Shown here in pieces: positions 56,177 to 64,000 of a DNA stretch of 64,000 nucleotides (positions are counted from its first letter, which is position 1; each line of letters begins with the position of its first letter). This stretch comes from Bacteroidales bacterium. Lineage in GTDB: Bacteria > Bacteroidota > Bacteroidia > Bacteroidales > P3. A program made the translations under genes and the position numbers. Below the pieces are notes generated by a model. That model had not been told where the DNA came from, did no database searches, and worked only from the letters and a program-made list of their open reading frames with translations. Location: assembly GCA_017559135.1 (NCBI GenBank), contig JAFYSZ010000017.1:10140-74139 (forward strand), given 5' to 3'.

Positions 56177-56872
56177 ATGTTATCAAACATTTTTTTACAA
56201 ATATCACAAACTGCAACAGAAGTTGTTTCTGAGGCAGCATCAACACAAGCAGAATTAAATATTTTTGAATTGGCAACAAAGGGTGGTTGGATTATGATAG
56301 TATTGGCAATTTTGTTGATAGTTGCCATTTATCTCTTTGTTGAAAGATTTTTAGCCCTAAGAAAAGCTCTTAAAGAAGATGTTAATTTTATGGAAAATGT
56401 TAAAAACTGCATTCATAGTGGAGATTTAGAAGGAGCAAAAAATCTTACAAGAAATAATCCTACGCCAATAGGAAGAATGGTTGATAAAGGACTTTCAAGA
56501 TTGGGCAGACCGCTAAACGATATTAATCAAGCAGTTGAAAATGTTGGTAAGTTAGAAGTCGCACAGTTGGAGAGTGGTGTATCAATGGTTGGAACAATTG
56601 CGGCAATAGGTCCTTCACTTGGTTTTCTTGGTACTGTAACAGGTATGGTCAAAGCTTTCTTTGATATGAGTACTGCTGGAAATAACATAGACATACAATT
56701 ACTTTCAGGAGGTATTTATGAAGCGATGGTAACTACGGTTGGAGGTTTGATTGTTGGTATTATCGCAAACTTTCTTTATAGTATTCTTGTCGGACAAATA
56801 AATAAAGTGATTTTTATGTTAGAGGCAAGAACAATGGAGTTTATGGACCTTTTGCACGAACCTGCAAAATAA
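56177..56872 (+). CDS. exbB: MotA/TolQ/ExbB proton channel family protein
   Basis: Three TM helices with the conserved ..AAIGPSLGFLGTVTGMVKAF.. and ..GGIYEAMVTTVGGLIVGI.. segments. Confidence 0.9.
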   Translation: MLSNIFLQISQTATEVVSEAASTQAELNIFELATKGGWIMIVLAILLIVAIYLFVERFLALRKALKEDVNFMENVKNCIHSGDLEGAKNLTRNNPTPIGRMVDKGLSRLGRPLNDINQAVENVGKLEVAQLESGVSMVGTIAAIGPSLGFLGTVTGMVKAFFDMSTAGNNIDIQLLSGGIYEAMVTTVGGLIVGIIANFLYSILVGQINKVIFMLEARTMEFMDLLHEPAK

Positions 56873-56888
56873 AAATTCTTTCTTTGTT

Positions 56889-57302
56889 ATGATTCAAACA
56901 AGAAACAAGATAGATTCTAATTTTAATTCTGCATCAATGTCGGATTTGGTGTTTTTGTTGCTAATTTTCTTTATGCTGACATCAACCCTTATTAGTCCGA
57001 ATGCAATCAAGCTTTTGTTACCTCAAAGTTCGAGTGGACAAACCTTGGCAAAGCAAAATGTAGTTGTTGCGATAGATTCAAATTATAAATTCTATGTTGA
57101 GAATATAGAAACAAGCGAAGAAGAATTGTCGCAAGTCTTAGCAGGATTTTTAAATGAAGTTTCGGACGGTACAGTCAAACTACACTCTGATAAAACCGTA
57201 CCGGTGCAATACGTAGTTACAGTAATTGATGCGGTAAACAAAGTAAATGCACAACAAGGTAAGAAACACAAAGTTATTTTAGCAACAGAGGCAACTAAAT
57301 AA
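56889..57302 (+). CDS. exbD: ExbD/TolR biopolymer transport protein
   Basis: ..MSDLVFLLLIFFMLTST.. single TM helix plus a periplasmic domain. Confidence 0.85.
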   Translation: MIQTRNKIDSNFNSASMSDLVFLLLIFFMLTSTLISPNAIKLLLPQSSSGQTLAKQNVVVAIDSNYKFYVENIETSEEELSQVLAGFLNEVSDGTVKLHSDKTVPVQYVVTVIDAVNKVNAQQGKKHKVILATEATK

Positions 57303-58012
57303 TGAACGAAAAAAATAAAAGAAGACTAATTAGTGCATCTATTACGCTGCTTTTATCTTTGATGGGAGTAGGTCTGTTGTTTGTTATAGCCTTACCTTAT
57401 CCCGATCCGCCACCTCCTGAATTTGGAGTAGAGATGAATATGGAGGAACTCTCTGATATTGGAAATGATTTTGACAATGCAGCAGAGGGAGGCGAAGATG
57501 TGTCAAACAATGAGGCTACAACTAAAAGTGAAGAAAAGATTGTAACCCAAGATACAGAAGAAGCACCTATTTCAAGCAAGAATACAAAGGTTGAAAAGCC
57601 AAAAAAAGAAGAAGAAAAGCCGACTGAGCCTACGATTAACCAAAATGCGTTGTTCGCAAAAGGGAAAGTAAAAAAAGGAAATGGTTCTAATCAAGGAATT
57701 TCCAACGGAGAAGGTAGTGGAGCAGGCGGAAACGGTGAAGGAAAGGGTGTGGATTTTAATTTAGGTGGTCGTGGAGCGAAAGAACTCATACCTCCGTCAT
57801 CTTCAAATTCAACACCAGGAAAAATTGTGGTAGAAATTGTTGTTGATAAAGAAGGAAATGTAGTTAGAGCGAAGGCAGGAGTGAGAGGAACGACTATTTC
57901 AAATTCAAATCTTTATAGAAAATGTGAGCAAGCAGCAAGAAAATGTAAATTTGCTCGCGATCTAAATGCACCAGAAGAACAAAAAGGAACGATTACTTAT
58001 CGTTTCGTTTAG
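57302..58012 (+). CDS. TonB-like energy transducer
   Basis: N-terminal TM helix, Pro/Glu/Lys-rich linker, Gly-rich segment, and a C-terminal TonB-type domain (..GKIVVEIVVDKEGNVVRAK...GTITYRF). It is the third gene of the exbB-exbD operon. Confidence 0.7.
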   Translation: MNEKNKRRLISASITLLLSLMGVGLLFVIALPYPDPPPPEFGVEMNMEELSDIGNDFDNAAEGGEDVSNNEATTKSEEKIVTQDTEEAPISSKNTKVEKPKKEEEKPTEPTINQNALFAKGKVKKGNGSNQGISNGEGSGAGGNGEGKGVDFNLGGRGAKELIPPSSSNSTPGKIVVEIVVDKEGNVVRAKAGVRGTTISNSNLYRKCEQAARKCKFARDLNAPEEQKGTITYRFV

Positions 58013-59042
58013 CATCTCCTCTGCTTATAACAATTTCATAACCTAAGGATTTGACTTGTGCTTTTAATTCTTCAAGCCCTTCAATGGCTTCTTTTCCCAC
58101 AAAGGCTTTATTGTTATATAAATTATAGAGTTTTCTGACATTTGTCGGAGAAAGGTTAGGCATAACTACATTTGCACCGACTTGAAGTCCTAATTCTCTG
58201 CCGTTTTCTGCAATAGAACCAAGTGCAGTTGTAGAAGGAATAAGAGAATAAGGGAACATTAAACGAAGAATTGCCACTAATCTAAGAGTTTTATGTAAAT
58301 CTCCTTGTGCTTTGTCGCGGAACGGTGTGTCAATATGAGGAATAAAAGGACCTATTCCAATCATATCGGGTTGCAATTCTTGTAAAAATCTTAAATCAGC
58401 AATGATATTTTCGCTTGTTTGAAAAGGTGAGCCTACCATAAAGCCAGAGCCTACTTGAAAACCTATCTCTTTTAAATCAAATAAGCATTGTTTTCTTTTT
58501 TCAATCTTCATTGCCGAAGGGTGAAGCAGTTTATAATGCTCCTCAATTGCGGTTTCGTGTCTTAGAAGATAACGATCTGCTCCCGCATTGAAAAAATCCT
58601 GATAAGTTTGTTTGTCTTTTTCACCTATTGATAAGGTTACAGCACAATCAGGATAAGATTTTTTGATTTTAGAAACTATTTGACAAATATCTTTGTCCGA
58701 AAAATGCAAGTCTTCTCCTCCTTGCATCACAAAAGTGCGAAATCCCAAAGAATATCCGTAAGAAACACAATCCAAAATATTCTTTTCGCTAAGGCGGTAT
58801 CTTTCAATATTAAGATTTCCGCACCTAATTCCACAATACAAACAATTGTTTTTGCAATAATTACTTATTTCTATCAATCCACGTATGTAGATTTCGTTTC
58901 CGTATGTTTGTCTGCGTTTTTTGTCGGCTTGTTTAAATAGATACTCTTCTTGAATAGAATTATCTTCACATTCAATTAGAGTTTTTAACTCCTCGTTTGT
59001 TAAATTATTTCCTTCAAAAAGAGTATCTATTAAGCCTTTCAT
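57993..59042 (-). CDS. hydE: [FeFe]-hydrogenase H-cluster radical SAM maturase HydE
   Basis: Near-colinear match from memory to T. maritima HydE: ..IEISNYCKNNCLYCGIRCGN.., ..GADRYLLRHETA.. and ..MIGIGPFIPHIDTPF.. Confidence 0.8.
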   Translation of the reverse strand: MKGLIDTLFEGNNLTNEELKTLIECEDNSIQEEYLFKQADKKRRQTYGNEIYIRGLIEISNYCKNNCLYCGIRCGNLNIERYRLSEKNILDCVSYGYSLGFRTFVMQGGEDLHFSDKDICQIVSKIKKSYPDCAVTLSIGEKDKQTYQDFFNAGADRYLLRHETAIEEHYKLLHPSAMKIEKRKQCLFDLKEIGFQVGSGFMVGSPFQTSENIIADLRFLQELQPDMIGIGPFIPHIDTPFRDKAQGDLHKTLRLVAILRLMFPYSLIPSTTALGSIAENGRELGLQVGANVVMPNLSPTNVRKLYNLYNNKAFVGKEAIEGLEELKAQVKSLGYEIVISRGDAKRNDK

Positions 59043-59051
59043 ATTTTATTT

Positions 59052-61460
59052 TTATTTATCTATTGTCATTTTGTAGAATGAACGATACACAAAATAGCAT
59101 GCTATCACAAAGAAAGCGATACCTACGTATGGTGCAATGTCTTTAAATGATTCGCTAATTGCTATTTCCATTGCCAAAAGTCCAAATAAAGTTGTGAACT
59201 TAATAATTGGGTTAAGAGCAACAGAAGAAGTGTCTTTGAAAGGGTCGCCTACTGTGTCTCCAACTACGGAAGCATCGTGTAAAGCAGAGCCTTTTTCTTT
59301 CATATCTACCTCTACAATTTTTTTTGCATTGTCCCAACTTCCTCCTGCGTTAGCCATAAAGACTGCTTGAAACAATCCGAATAACGCAATAGAAAGTAAA
59401 TAACTAACAAATAAAGAAACTGCATTGTTTCCGCCGATTGAGGCAGGTGAAGAAAGACATGCAATTCCTAAGGCAAAGCAGAAGATTGCAATAAAGATAT
59501 TATACATACCTTTTTGAGCATAAACAGTACAGATTTTAACAACTTCAACCGAAGAGGCTTCGTCTGCTTTCTTAGGAGCGTTTGCATCAAGTTTTATATT
59601 ACGCTTTATGTATTCCACAGCACGATAAGCACCTGTTGTAACGGCTTGTGTGCTTGCTCCTGTAAACCAATAAATCACTGCACCTCCAAGAATAAATCCT
59701 AAAATAGAGTAAGGGTTCAATAAATTAAGCAAACTTGCAGGCTCAACACCAAGTGCTTTTTGAATAACAAGAATTAAAGAGAATATCATAGTAGTTGCAC
59801 CAACAACAGCAGTACCAATCAAAACAGGCTTCGCAGTTGCCTTAAACGTATTACCTGCTCCGTCATTTGCTTCAAGATAATACTTTGATTTTTCCCAATC
59901 AGGCTTAAATCCAAAATCCTTTTCTATTTCCGAATCAATGTTTTCTTGTTCTTCAATCAAAGAAAGTTCATACACAGATTGAGCATTGTCTGTTACAGGT
60001 CCATAACTATCAACCGCAATCGTTACAGGACCCATGCCAAGCATACCAAACGCCACCAAACCAAAAGCAAAAATTGAAGGATACACCATTCCGATTGCTT
60101 CTAAGTTGCCAGAGAAGATATAAGCAATAAACATAAGAATCACAAAGACTAATCCTGTCCAAAATCCTGAAAAGTTACCCGATACAAATCCTGATAAAAT
60201 ATTTAAAGACGCACCTCCTTGTTGAGAAGCCTTTACTACCTCTTTCACATGAGTAGATTTAGGAGAAGTAAATATCTTTGTAATTTCTGGAATCAAAGCA
60301 GCACCCAATGTACCACAAGAAATAATAATAGAAAGTATCCACCATAAATCACTGCTTCCTCCAATATTTCCAATAAGTAGATAAGAAGTAACAAAAGTTC
60401 CAATAATAGAAAGAATAGAACTAATCCATACCAAATTAGTTAGCGGTGCTTCAAAGTCCAAATCATCTTTCTTTCCATAAAGTTTTTTACTCAATCCCAT
60501 ATTTAAGTAGTAAGCAATAATAGAGGTAATAACTCCAAGTATTCTCATTGTAAATATCCAAACAAGTAAATCTTTTTGAATGCTTACATCACTAATCGCA
60601 AGAAGAATAAAAGAAACCAAAGCAACACCTGTTACTCCGTATGTTTCAAAACCATCAGCAGTCGGTCCAACTGAATCTCCTGCATTATCACCTGTACAAT
60701 CGGCAATAACGCCAGGATTTCTTGGATCGTCTTCTCCTATTTTGAAAACAACCTTCATAAGATCCGATGCAATATCTGCAATTTTTGTAAATATACCTCC
60801 GGCAATTCTAAGAGCCGATGCACCTAAACTTTCACCAATTGCAAAACCTATAAAGCAAGCACCAGCAAGATGAGCAGGCATTAGAAGTAAAATCACAAGC
60901 ATTAGCAGAAGTTCAACGCAGATTAGCACAACGCCAATACTCATTCCTGCACTTAAAGGAATGTTTAAAAGGTTTAAGGGATTACGTTTTAAAGATGCAA
61001 AAGCCATTCGTGAATTTGCAAAAGTATTTATACGTATTCCGTATTTAGCAACAATATACGAACCTAATATTCCAAACACTGTCCAAAGTAGTATTAGAAG
61101 CACTGCTCCAAGTCCAAAACTTTCTCCACTTTCTCCCTTTGCAAGAAAACCAAAGTAAAGACTTACTGCCAAACCTACGAAAACAAATAAGATAGCAAGG
61201 AACTTTGCTTGTTGTTTTAGGTAAGTTGAGCACGTTTTGTAAATAACGTGTGCTATATCAAGCATACTTTTGTGAGCGGGAAGTTTTTTTATTTTCAAGA
61301 ATTGGTAAATCCCGAAAATAATCCCGAGTATAGAAACAAAAAATCCCCAATGTAATATTCCAAACTCGTGAATTTCCATGGGGACTTTTAAATCTGCCTC
61401 ACTTGCCTTTAATAGTGTAGGCAGGAAGGCGGCTAAAAATAATACAATTCGTTTTTTCAT
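59052..61460 (-). CDS. hppA: membrane-bound cation-translocating pyrophosphatase (M-PPase), long divergent form (802 aa)
   Basis: About 16 TM helices and the motifs ..GVIADCTGDNAGDSVGPTADGFETY.., ..DSYGPVTDNA.., ..GNTFKATAKP.. and ..VGDTVGDPFKDTSSVALNPIIKF.. Confidence 0.85.
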   Translation of the reverse strand: MKKRIVLFLAAFLPTLLKASEADLKVPMEIHEFGILHWGFFVSILGIIFGIYQFLKIKKLPAHKSMLDIAHVIYKTCSTYLKQQAKFLAILFVFVGLAVSLYFGFLAKGESGESFGLGAVLLILLWTVFGILGSYIVAKYGIRINTFANSRMAFASLKRNPLNLLNIPLSAGMSIGVVLICVELLLMLVILLLMPAHLAGACFIGFAIGESLGASALRIAGGIFTKIADIASDLMKVVFKIGEDDPRNPGVIADCTGDNAGDSVGPTADGFETYGVTGVALVSFILLAISDVSIQKDLLVWIFTMRILGVITSIIAYYLNMGLSKKLYGKKDDLDFEAPLTNLVWISSILSIIGTFVTSYLLIGNIGGSSDLWWILSIIISCGTLGAALIPEITKIFTSPKSTHVKEVVKASQQGGASLNILSGFVSGNFSGFWTGLVFVILMFIAYIFSGNLEAIGMVYPSIFAFGLVAFGMLGMGPVTIAVDSYGPVTDNAQSVYELSLIEEQENIDSEIEKDFGFKPDWEKSKYYLEANDGAGNTFKATAKPVLIGTAVVGATTMIFSLILVIQKALGVEPASLLNLLNPYSILGFILGGAVIYWFTGASTQAVTTGAYRAVEYIKRNIKLDANAPKKADEASSVEVVKICTVYAQKGMYNIFIAIFCFALGIACLSSPASIGGNNAVSLFVSYLLSIALFGLFQAVFMANAGGSWDNAKKIVEVDMKEKGSALHDASVVGDTVGDPFKDTSSVALNPIIKFTTLFGLLAMEIAISESFKDIAPYVGIAFFVIACYFVYRSFYKMTIDK

Positions 61461-61610
61461 TTTGTTATTTTGTGTATTTGGTTTATGCTTTTTAAGAGTT
61501 GCAAAAATACAAATAAATATTACATATCAACGATATTGTAATAAAAATATTATTTTTTTAAAACATTTTTATTGAATCTTCGTTTTATTACTATAACAAA
61601 AAGAGTTTTT

Positions 61611-62165
61611 ATGGCTGTATTAGTAGAATTGGTTTCTGTTACGCTTTCTCCGATTGAGAAATACTACGATGTGTTGTTGATTGAAAAGAATGGTAACAGA
61701 GCCTTGTCGATTCCTATCGGCGAACACGAGGGAGAAAACCTTGGTTTGGCAATAGACAAAGTCGCTTTACCACGTCCGCTTACTTTTGATTTGTTTTGTG
61801 AAATTCTTTCAAAAACAAATATCAAAATGCAATATGTTGTTCTAAACAAATTCTATGATGGAACTTTCTATTCCAATATTTGTTGCGAACAAAATCAAAA
61901 AACACTCTGTTTTGATTCGCGTTGTTCCGATGCTTTTATTTTTGCAAAAAAACTTTCCTTGCCAATCTATGTTGAAGAAAAGGTATTTGAAAATGCAGGC
62001 TTTGAAATACTTTCTCCAACCGAGATTAGTTCTCCAACTTACAATGAAGAAGATTGGACAATAGAAGAGTTGGAAACTATTTTGAAAGAAGTAGAAAAAG
62101 AAGGAGATGAATCAATAGTAAATATGCTCAGAGAAAAAATCAAAGACTTAGAAAAAAATAACTAA
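61611..62165 (+). CDS. bifunctional nuclease (BFN/DUF151) family protein with an acidic UVR-like C-terminus
   Basis: ..YDVLLIEKNGNRALSIPIGEHEGENLGLAIDKVALPRPLTFDLF.. is typical of the BFN domain. The ATG at 61611 is preferred over the TTG at 61572. Confidence 0.8.
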   Translation: MAVLVELVSVTLSPIEKYYDVLLIEKNGNRALSIPIGEHEGENLGLAIDKVALPRPLTFDLFCEILSKTNIKMQYVVLNKFYDGTFYSNICCEQNQKTLCFDSRCSDAFIFAKKLSLPIYVEEKVFENAGFEILSPTEISSPTYNEEDWTIEELETILKEVEKEGDESIVNMLREKIKDLEKNN

Positions 62166-62166
62166 A

Positions 62167-62667
62167 TTACTTCTTCTCAGGGTGTCGTCCGCCACAACGA
62201 AAACGTTCTGCCCAATAAGTTTCGGAAAATCTGCCTATTGTTACTCCCTTTGAAGTAGAGGTGTGAATGAATTTGTCTTTATCCAAAAATATTCCTACGT
62301 GATTGATTGTGCCGCCTTTCTTATTGTTGAAGAAAACTAAATCCCCTTCTTTCAAATCGTTCTTATTGTTGATTATCTTGCAGACTTTTGCCATATCTTG
62401 ACTTCTTCTTGGAAGTGTAATGCCGTAAATCTCTTTGTAAACAATGCTTACAAATCCCGAACAATCAACTCCTTGTTTTGTTGTGCCACCCATACGATGC
62501 GGAGTGCCTAACCAATCTAAGCAATAGGCTCTTAAATCACTCACTTTATGCGTTCCTCTTGGCTTTTCTTTAACAGGCTTTTCTGTTTCAACAACTACGT
62601 TTTGTTTTGCTACCTTACAAGAGGTAAATCCTGCAACTACCAATAATAATATTAATATTTTTTTCAT
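62167..62667 (-). CDS. NlpC/P60 (C40) family peptidoglycan peptidase lipoprotein
   Basis: Lipobox GFTSC, catalytic ..GVDCSGFV.. and ..INHVGIFL...FIHTS.. Confidence 0.9.
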   Translation of the reverse strand: MKKILILLLVVAGFTSCKVAKQNVVVETEKPVKEKPRGTHKVSDLRAYCLDWLGTPHRMGGTTKQGVDCSGFVSIVYKEIYGITLPRRSQDMAKVCKIINNKNDLKEGDLVFFNNKKGGTINHVGIFLDKDKFIHTSTSKGVTIGRFSETYWAERFRCGGRHPEKK

Positions 62668-62669
62668 TT

Positions 62670-63539
62670 TTATTGTGCTTTTAGTTCTTTAATACATTCT
62701 TTTAAACTCTCTTCCCAATGAGGTATTTTAATATCTAAGAGTTTTTCCGATTCGCTTTTGTCAAATACACTGAATTTTGGGCGAGTTGCCTTTGCAGGAT
62801 ATTGGCTTGTAAGGATAGGGTTGATTCTTATTTGTTTTTCTCCCCATAATTCTATTGCCTTTCTCGCAAAATCATACCAAGAGCAAACTCCTTGATTGCT
62901 AAAATGAAGAATACGATTAGAGTTTATGTGTTCTATCACTCTAATTGAAAACTCTGCTAAATCCCTTGCGTAAGTAGGACTTCCAATTTGGTCATATATA
63001 ACATTTAACTCCTCTTTTGTTTGAGAAAGGTTAATCATTGTCTTTACAAAATTTGACTTAAATTCGCTATAAAGCCAACTTGTTCTAATCACAAAGGTCA
63101 AAGGATTATTTTTTAAGCAGTTTTCTTCTCCTTTAAGTTTAGTTTTCCCATACACAGATAGGGGATTAGTCATATCTTGCGGAGAGTGAGGCTTGCAATC
63201 CTTTCCCTCAAAAACATAATCCGTAGAAATATAAACTAATCTTGCCTTATGTTTGGCACAAATCTTTGCTATATTCAAAGAAGCCTCAGAGTTGATTTTT
63301 TCTGCCAAAGACTCTTCCTCCTCTGCCTTATCAACAGCGGTGTAGGCAGCAAAGTGTAAAACACAATATAGACTATTGTTTTCAAAAAATGTCTTTAACT
63401 CTTGCTCATTGCAAATATCTAAATTGTCTTTGTCGGTATAGATAAAATTATATTGAGGAAAATTTCCTGCAATCTTTTTTAAAGATGAGCCAAGTTGTCC
63501 TTCTGCTCCTGTAACTAATACATTTTTCATTTGCTTCAA
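62670..63539 (-). CDS. rfbD: dTDP-4-dehydrorhamnose reductase
   Basis: ..VLVTGAEGQLG.., ..AAYTAVDKAE.., ..STDYVFEG.. and ..YGKTKLKGE.. A minus-strand TAttTTTG box lies at 63550-63557. Confidence 0.9.
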   Translation of the reverse strand: MKQMKNVLVTGAEGQLGSSLKKIAGNFPQYNFIYTDKDNLDICNEQELKTFFENNSLYCVLHFAAYTAVDKAEEEESLAEKINSEASLNIAKICAKHKARLVYISTDYVFEGKDCKPHSPQDMTNPLSVYGKTKLKGEENCLKNNPLTFVIRTSWLYSEFKSNFVKTMINLSQTKEELNVIYDQIGSPTYARDLAEFSIRVIEHINSNRILHFSNQGVCSWYDFARKAIELWGEKQIRINPILTSQYPAKATRPKFSVFDKSESEKLLDIKIPHWEESLKECIKELKAQ

Positions 63540-63574
63540 TTTAATAGCACAAAAATACTAAGAAAAAAGAAAAT

Positions 63575-63637
63575 AAAACAAAGAAATAAAAAAATAAAAC
63601 AAAGAAATATTTTTCTAAAACAAAGAAAAAAAATAAA
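63575..63637. repeat. three tandem 21-bp units, each beginning AAAACAAAGAAA
   Basis: Unit starts are at 63575, 63596 and 63617, exactly 21 bp apart. They lie between the divergent promoter boxes of rfbD (63550-63557) and the downstream + strand gene (TATCTTTG at 63644-63651). Confidence 0.85.
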
Positions 63638-63673
63638 TAGTTGTATCTTTGTATTTTTAAAGCAAAGATAATT

Positions 63674-64000
63674 ATGAAAAAATGGATAAGAATACTTTTG
63701 TGCTTCTTTATTTGCTTGCAGATGTTTCCTCCAATGTTGGTTTTAGACATCACTTCCTTGCGACATTTCTTGATTGCTTTGTTTGATATTGTTGCAATAG
63801 GAGTTGTAATCTACTATTCGTTTTGGCAAAAGAAAGACATATTATCCTCTTCCATATTTACGAAAAATCCTCTCATACCCCTTTGGCTCTTACTCATTGC
63901 TTATATGGGCGTATCTATTGTTTGGGCAATCAATTGCGTAGAAGGATTTTCAATTTGGAACCGTTGGATTTTGATTTTTATTGCAATGATTCTCTCAATA
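63674..64000 (+). CDS. polytopic membrane protein, 3' end truncated by the window (possibly O-antigen ligase/polymerase-like)
   Basis: This ORF is not in the supplied track. I read ATG at 63674 and then 109 codons without a stop to the window end. It is strongly hydrophobic (..PLIPLWLLLIAYMGVSIVWAINCVEGFSIWNRWILIFIAMILSI). The family call is a guess from context next to rfbD. Confidence 0.5.
   Translation, partial: MKKWIRILLCFFICLQMFPPMLVLDITSLRHFLIALFDIVAIGVVIYYSFWQKKDILSSSIFTKNPLIPLWLLLIAYMGVSIVWAINCVEGFSIWNRWILIFIAMILSI

Noticed and set aside
63541-63753. 70-aa minus-strand ORF (..FFFVLEKYFFVLFFYFFVLF..)
   Set aside because: It is a translation artefact of the 21-bp AAAACAAAGAAA tandem repeats. 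It also spans both divergent promoter boxes and the start of the + strand gene at 63674.

Overview
This window looks like a chromosomal segment from a low-GC member of the Bacteroidota. Supporting signals are two T9SS C-terminal sorting domains, LptD/LptE/LpxH/KdsD envelope genes, and recurring TTTG-N19-21-TAnnTTTG promoter boxes with short leaders. The organism is probably an anaerobe, given korAB 2-oxoglutarate:ferredoxin oxidoreductase, the HydE maturase and a membrane pyrophosphatase. I support about 57 CDS, 2 tRNAs (His-GTG, Asn-GTT), several rho-independent-type hairpins and several short repeat families. I see no rRNA, no CRISPR array and no transposase or integrase. Most of the window is housekeeping: era, recQ, aroB, aroC, gcvT, lnt, sufCD, nadK, dxr, rseP, exbBD-tonB, rfbD and others.

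Two accessory patches stand out.

1. 38.97-44.10 kb. This patch holds a one-blade WD40 mini-gene, a YhcG/DUF1016 PD-(D/E)XK gene and a 3.3-kb five-gene islet. The islet has an SPPY methyltransferase fused to a degenerate SNase-like domain, a small winged-helix-like protein, a putative restriction endonuclease, and an unassignable membrane-protein plus small-protein pair. It is bracketed by a perfect 66-bp direct repeat. That repeat duplicates the complete promoter and first 10 codons of the 5-formyltetrahydrofolate cyclo-ligase gene.

2. 12.3-14.6 kb. This is an orphan 570-aa gene with no family I can name, embedded in unusually long AT-rich spacers.

All functional calls come from reading the translated ORFs for motifs. 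No database search was run. Coordinates of starts are best guesses.
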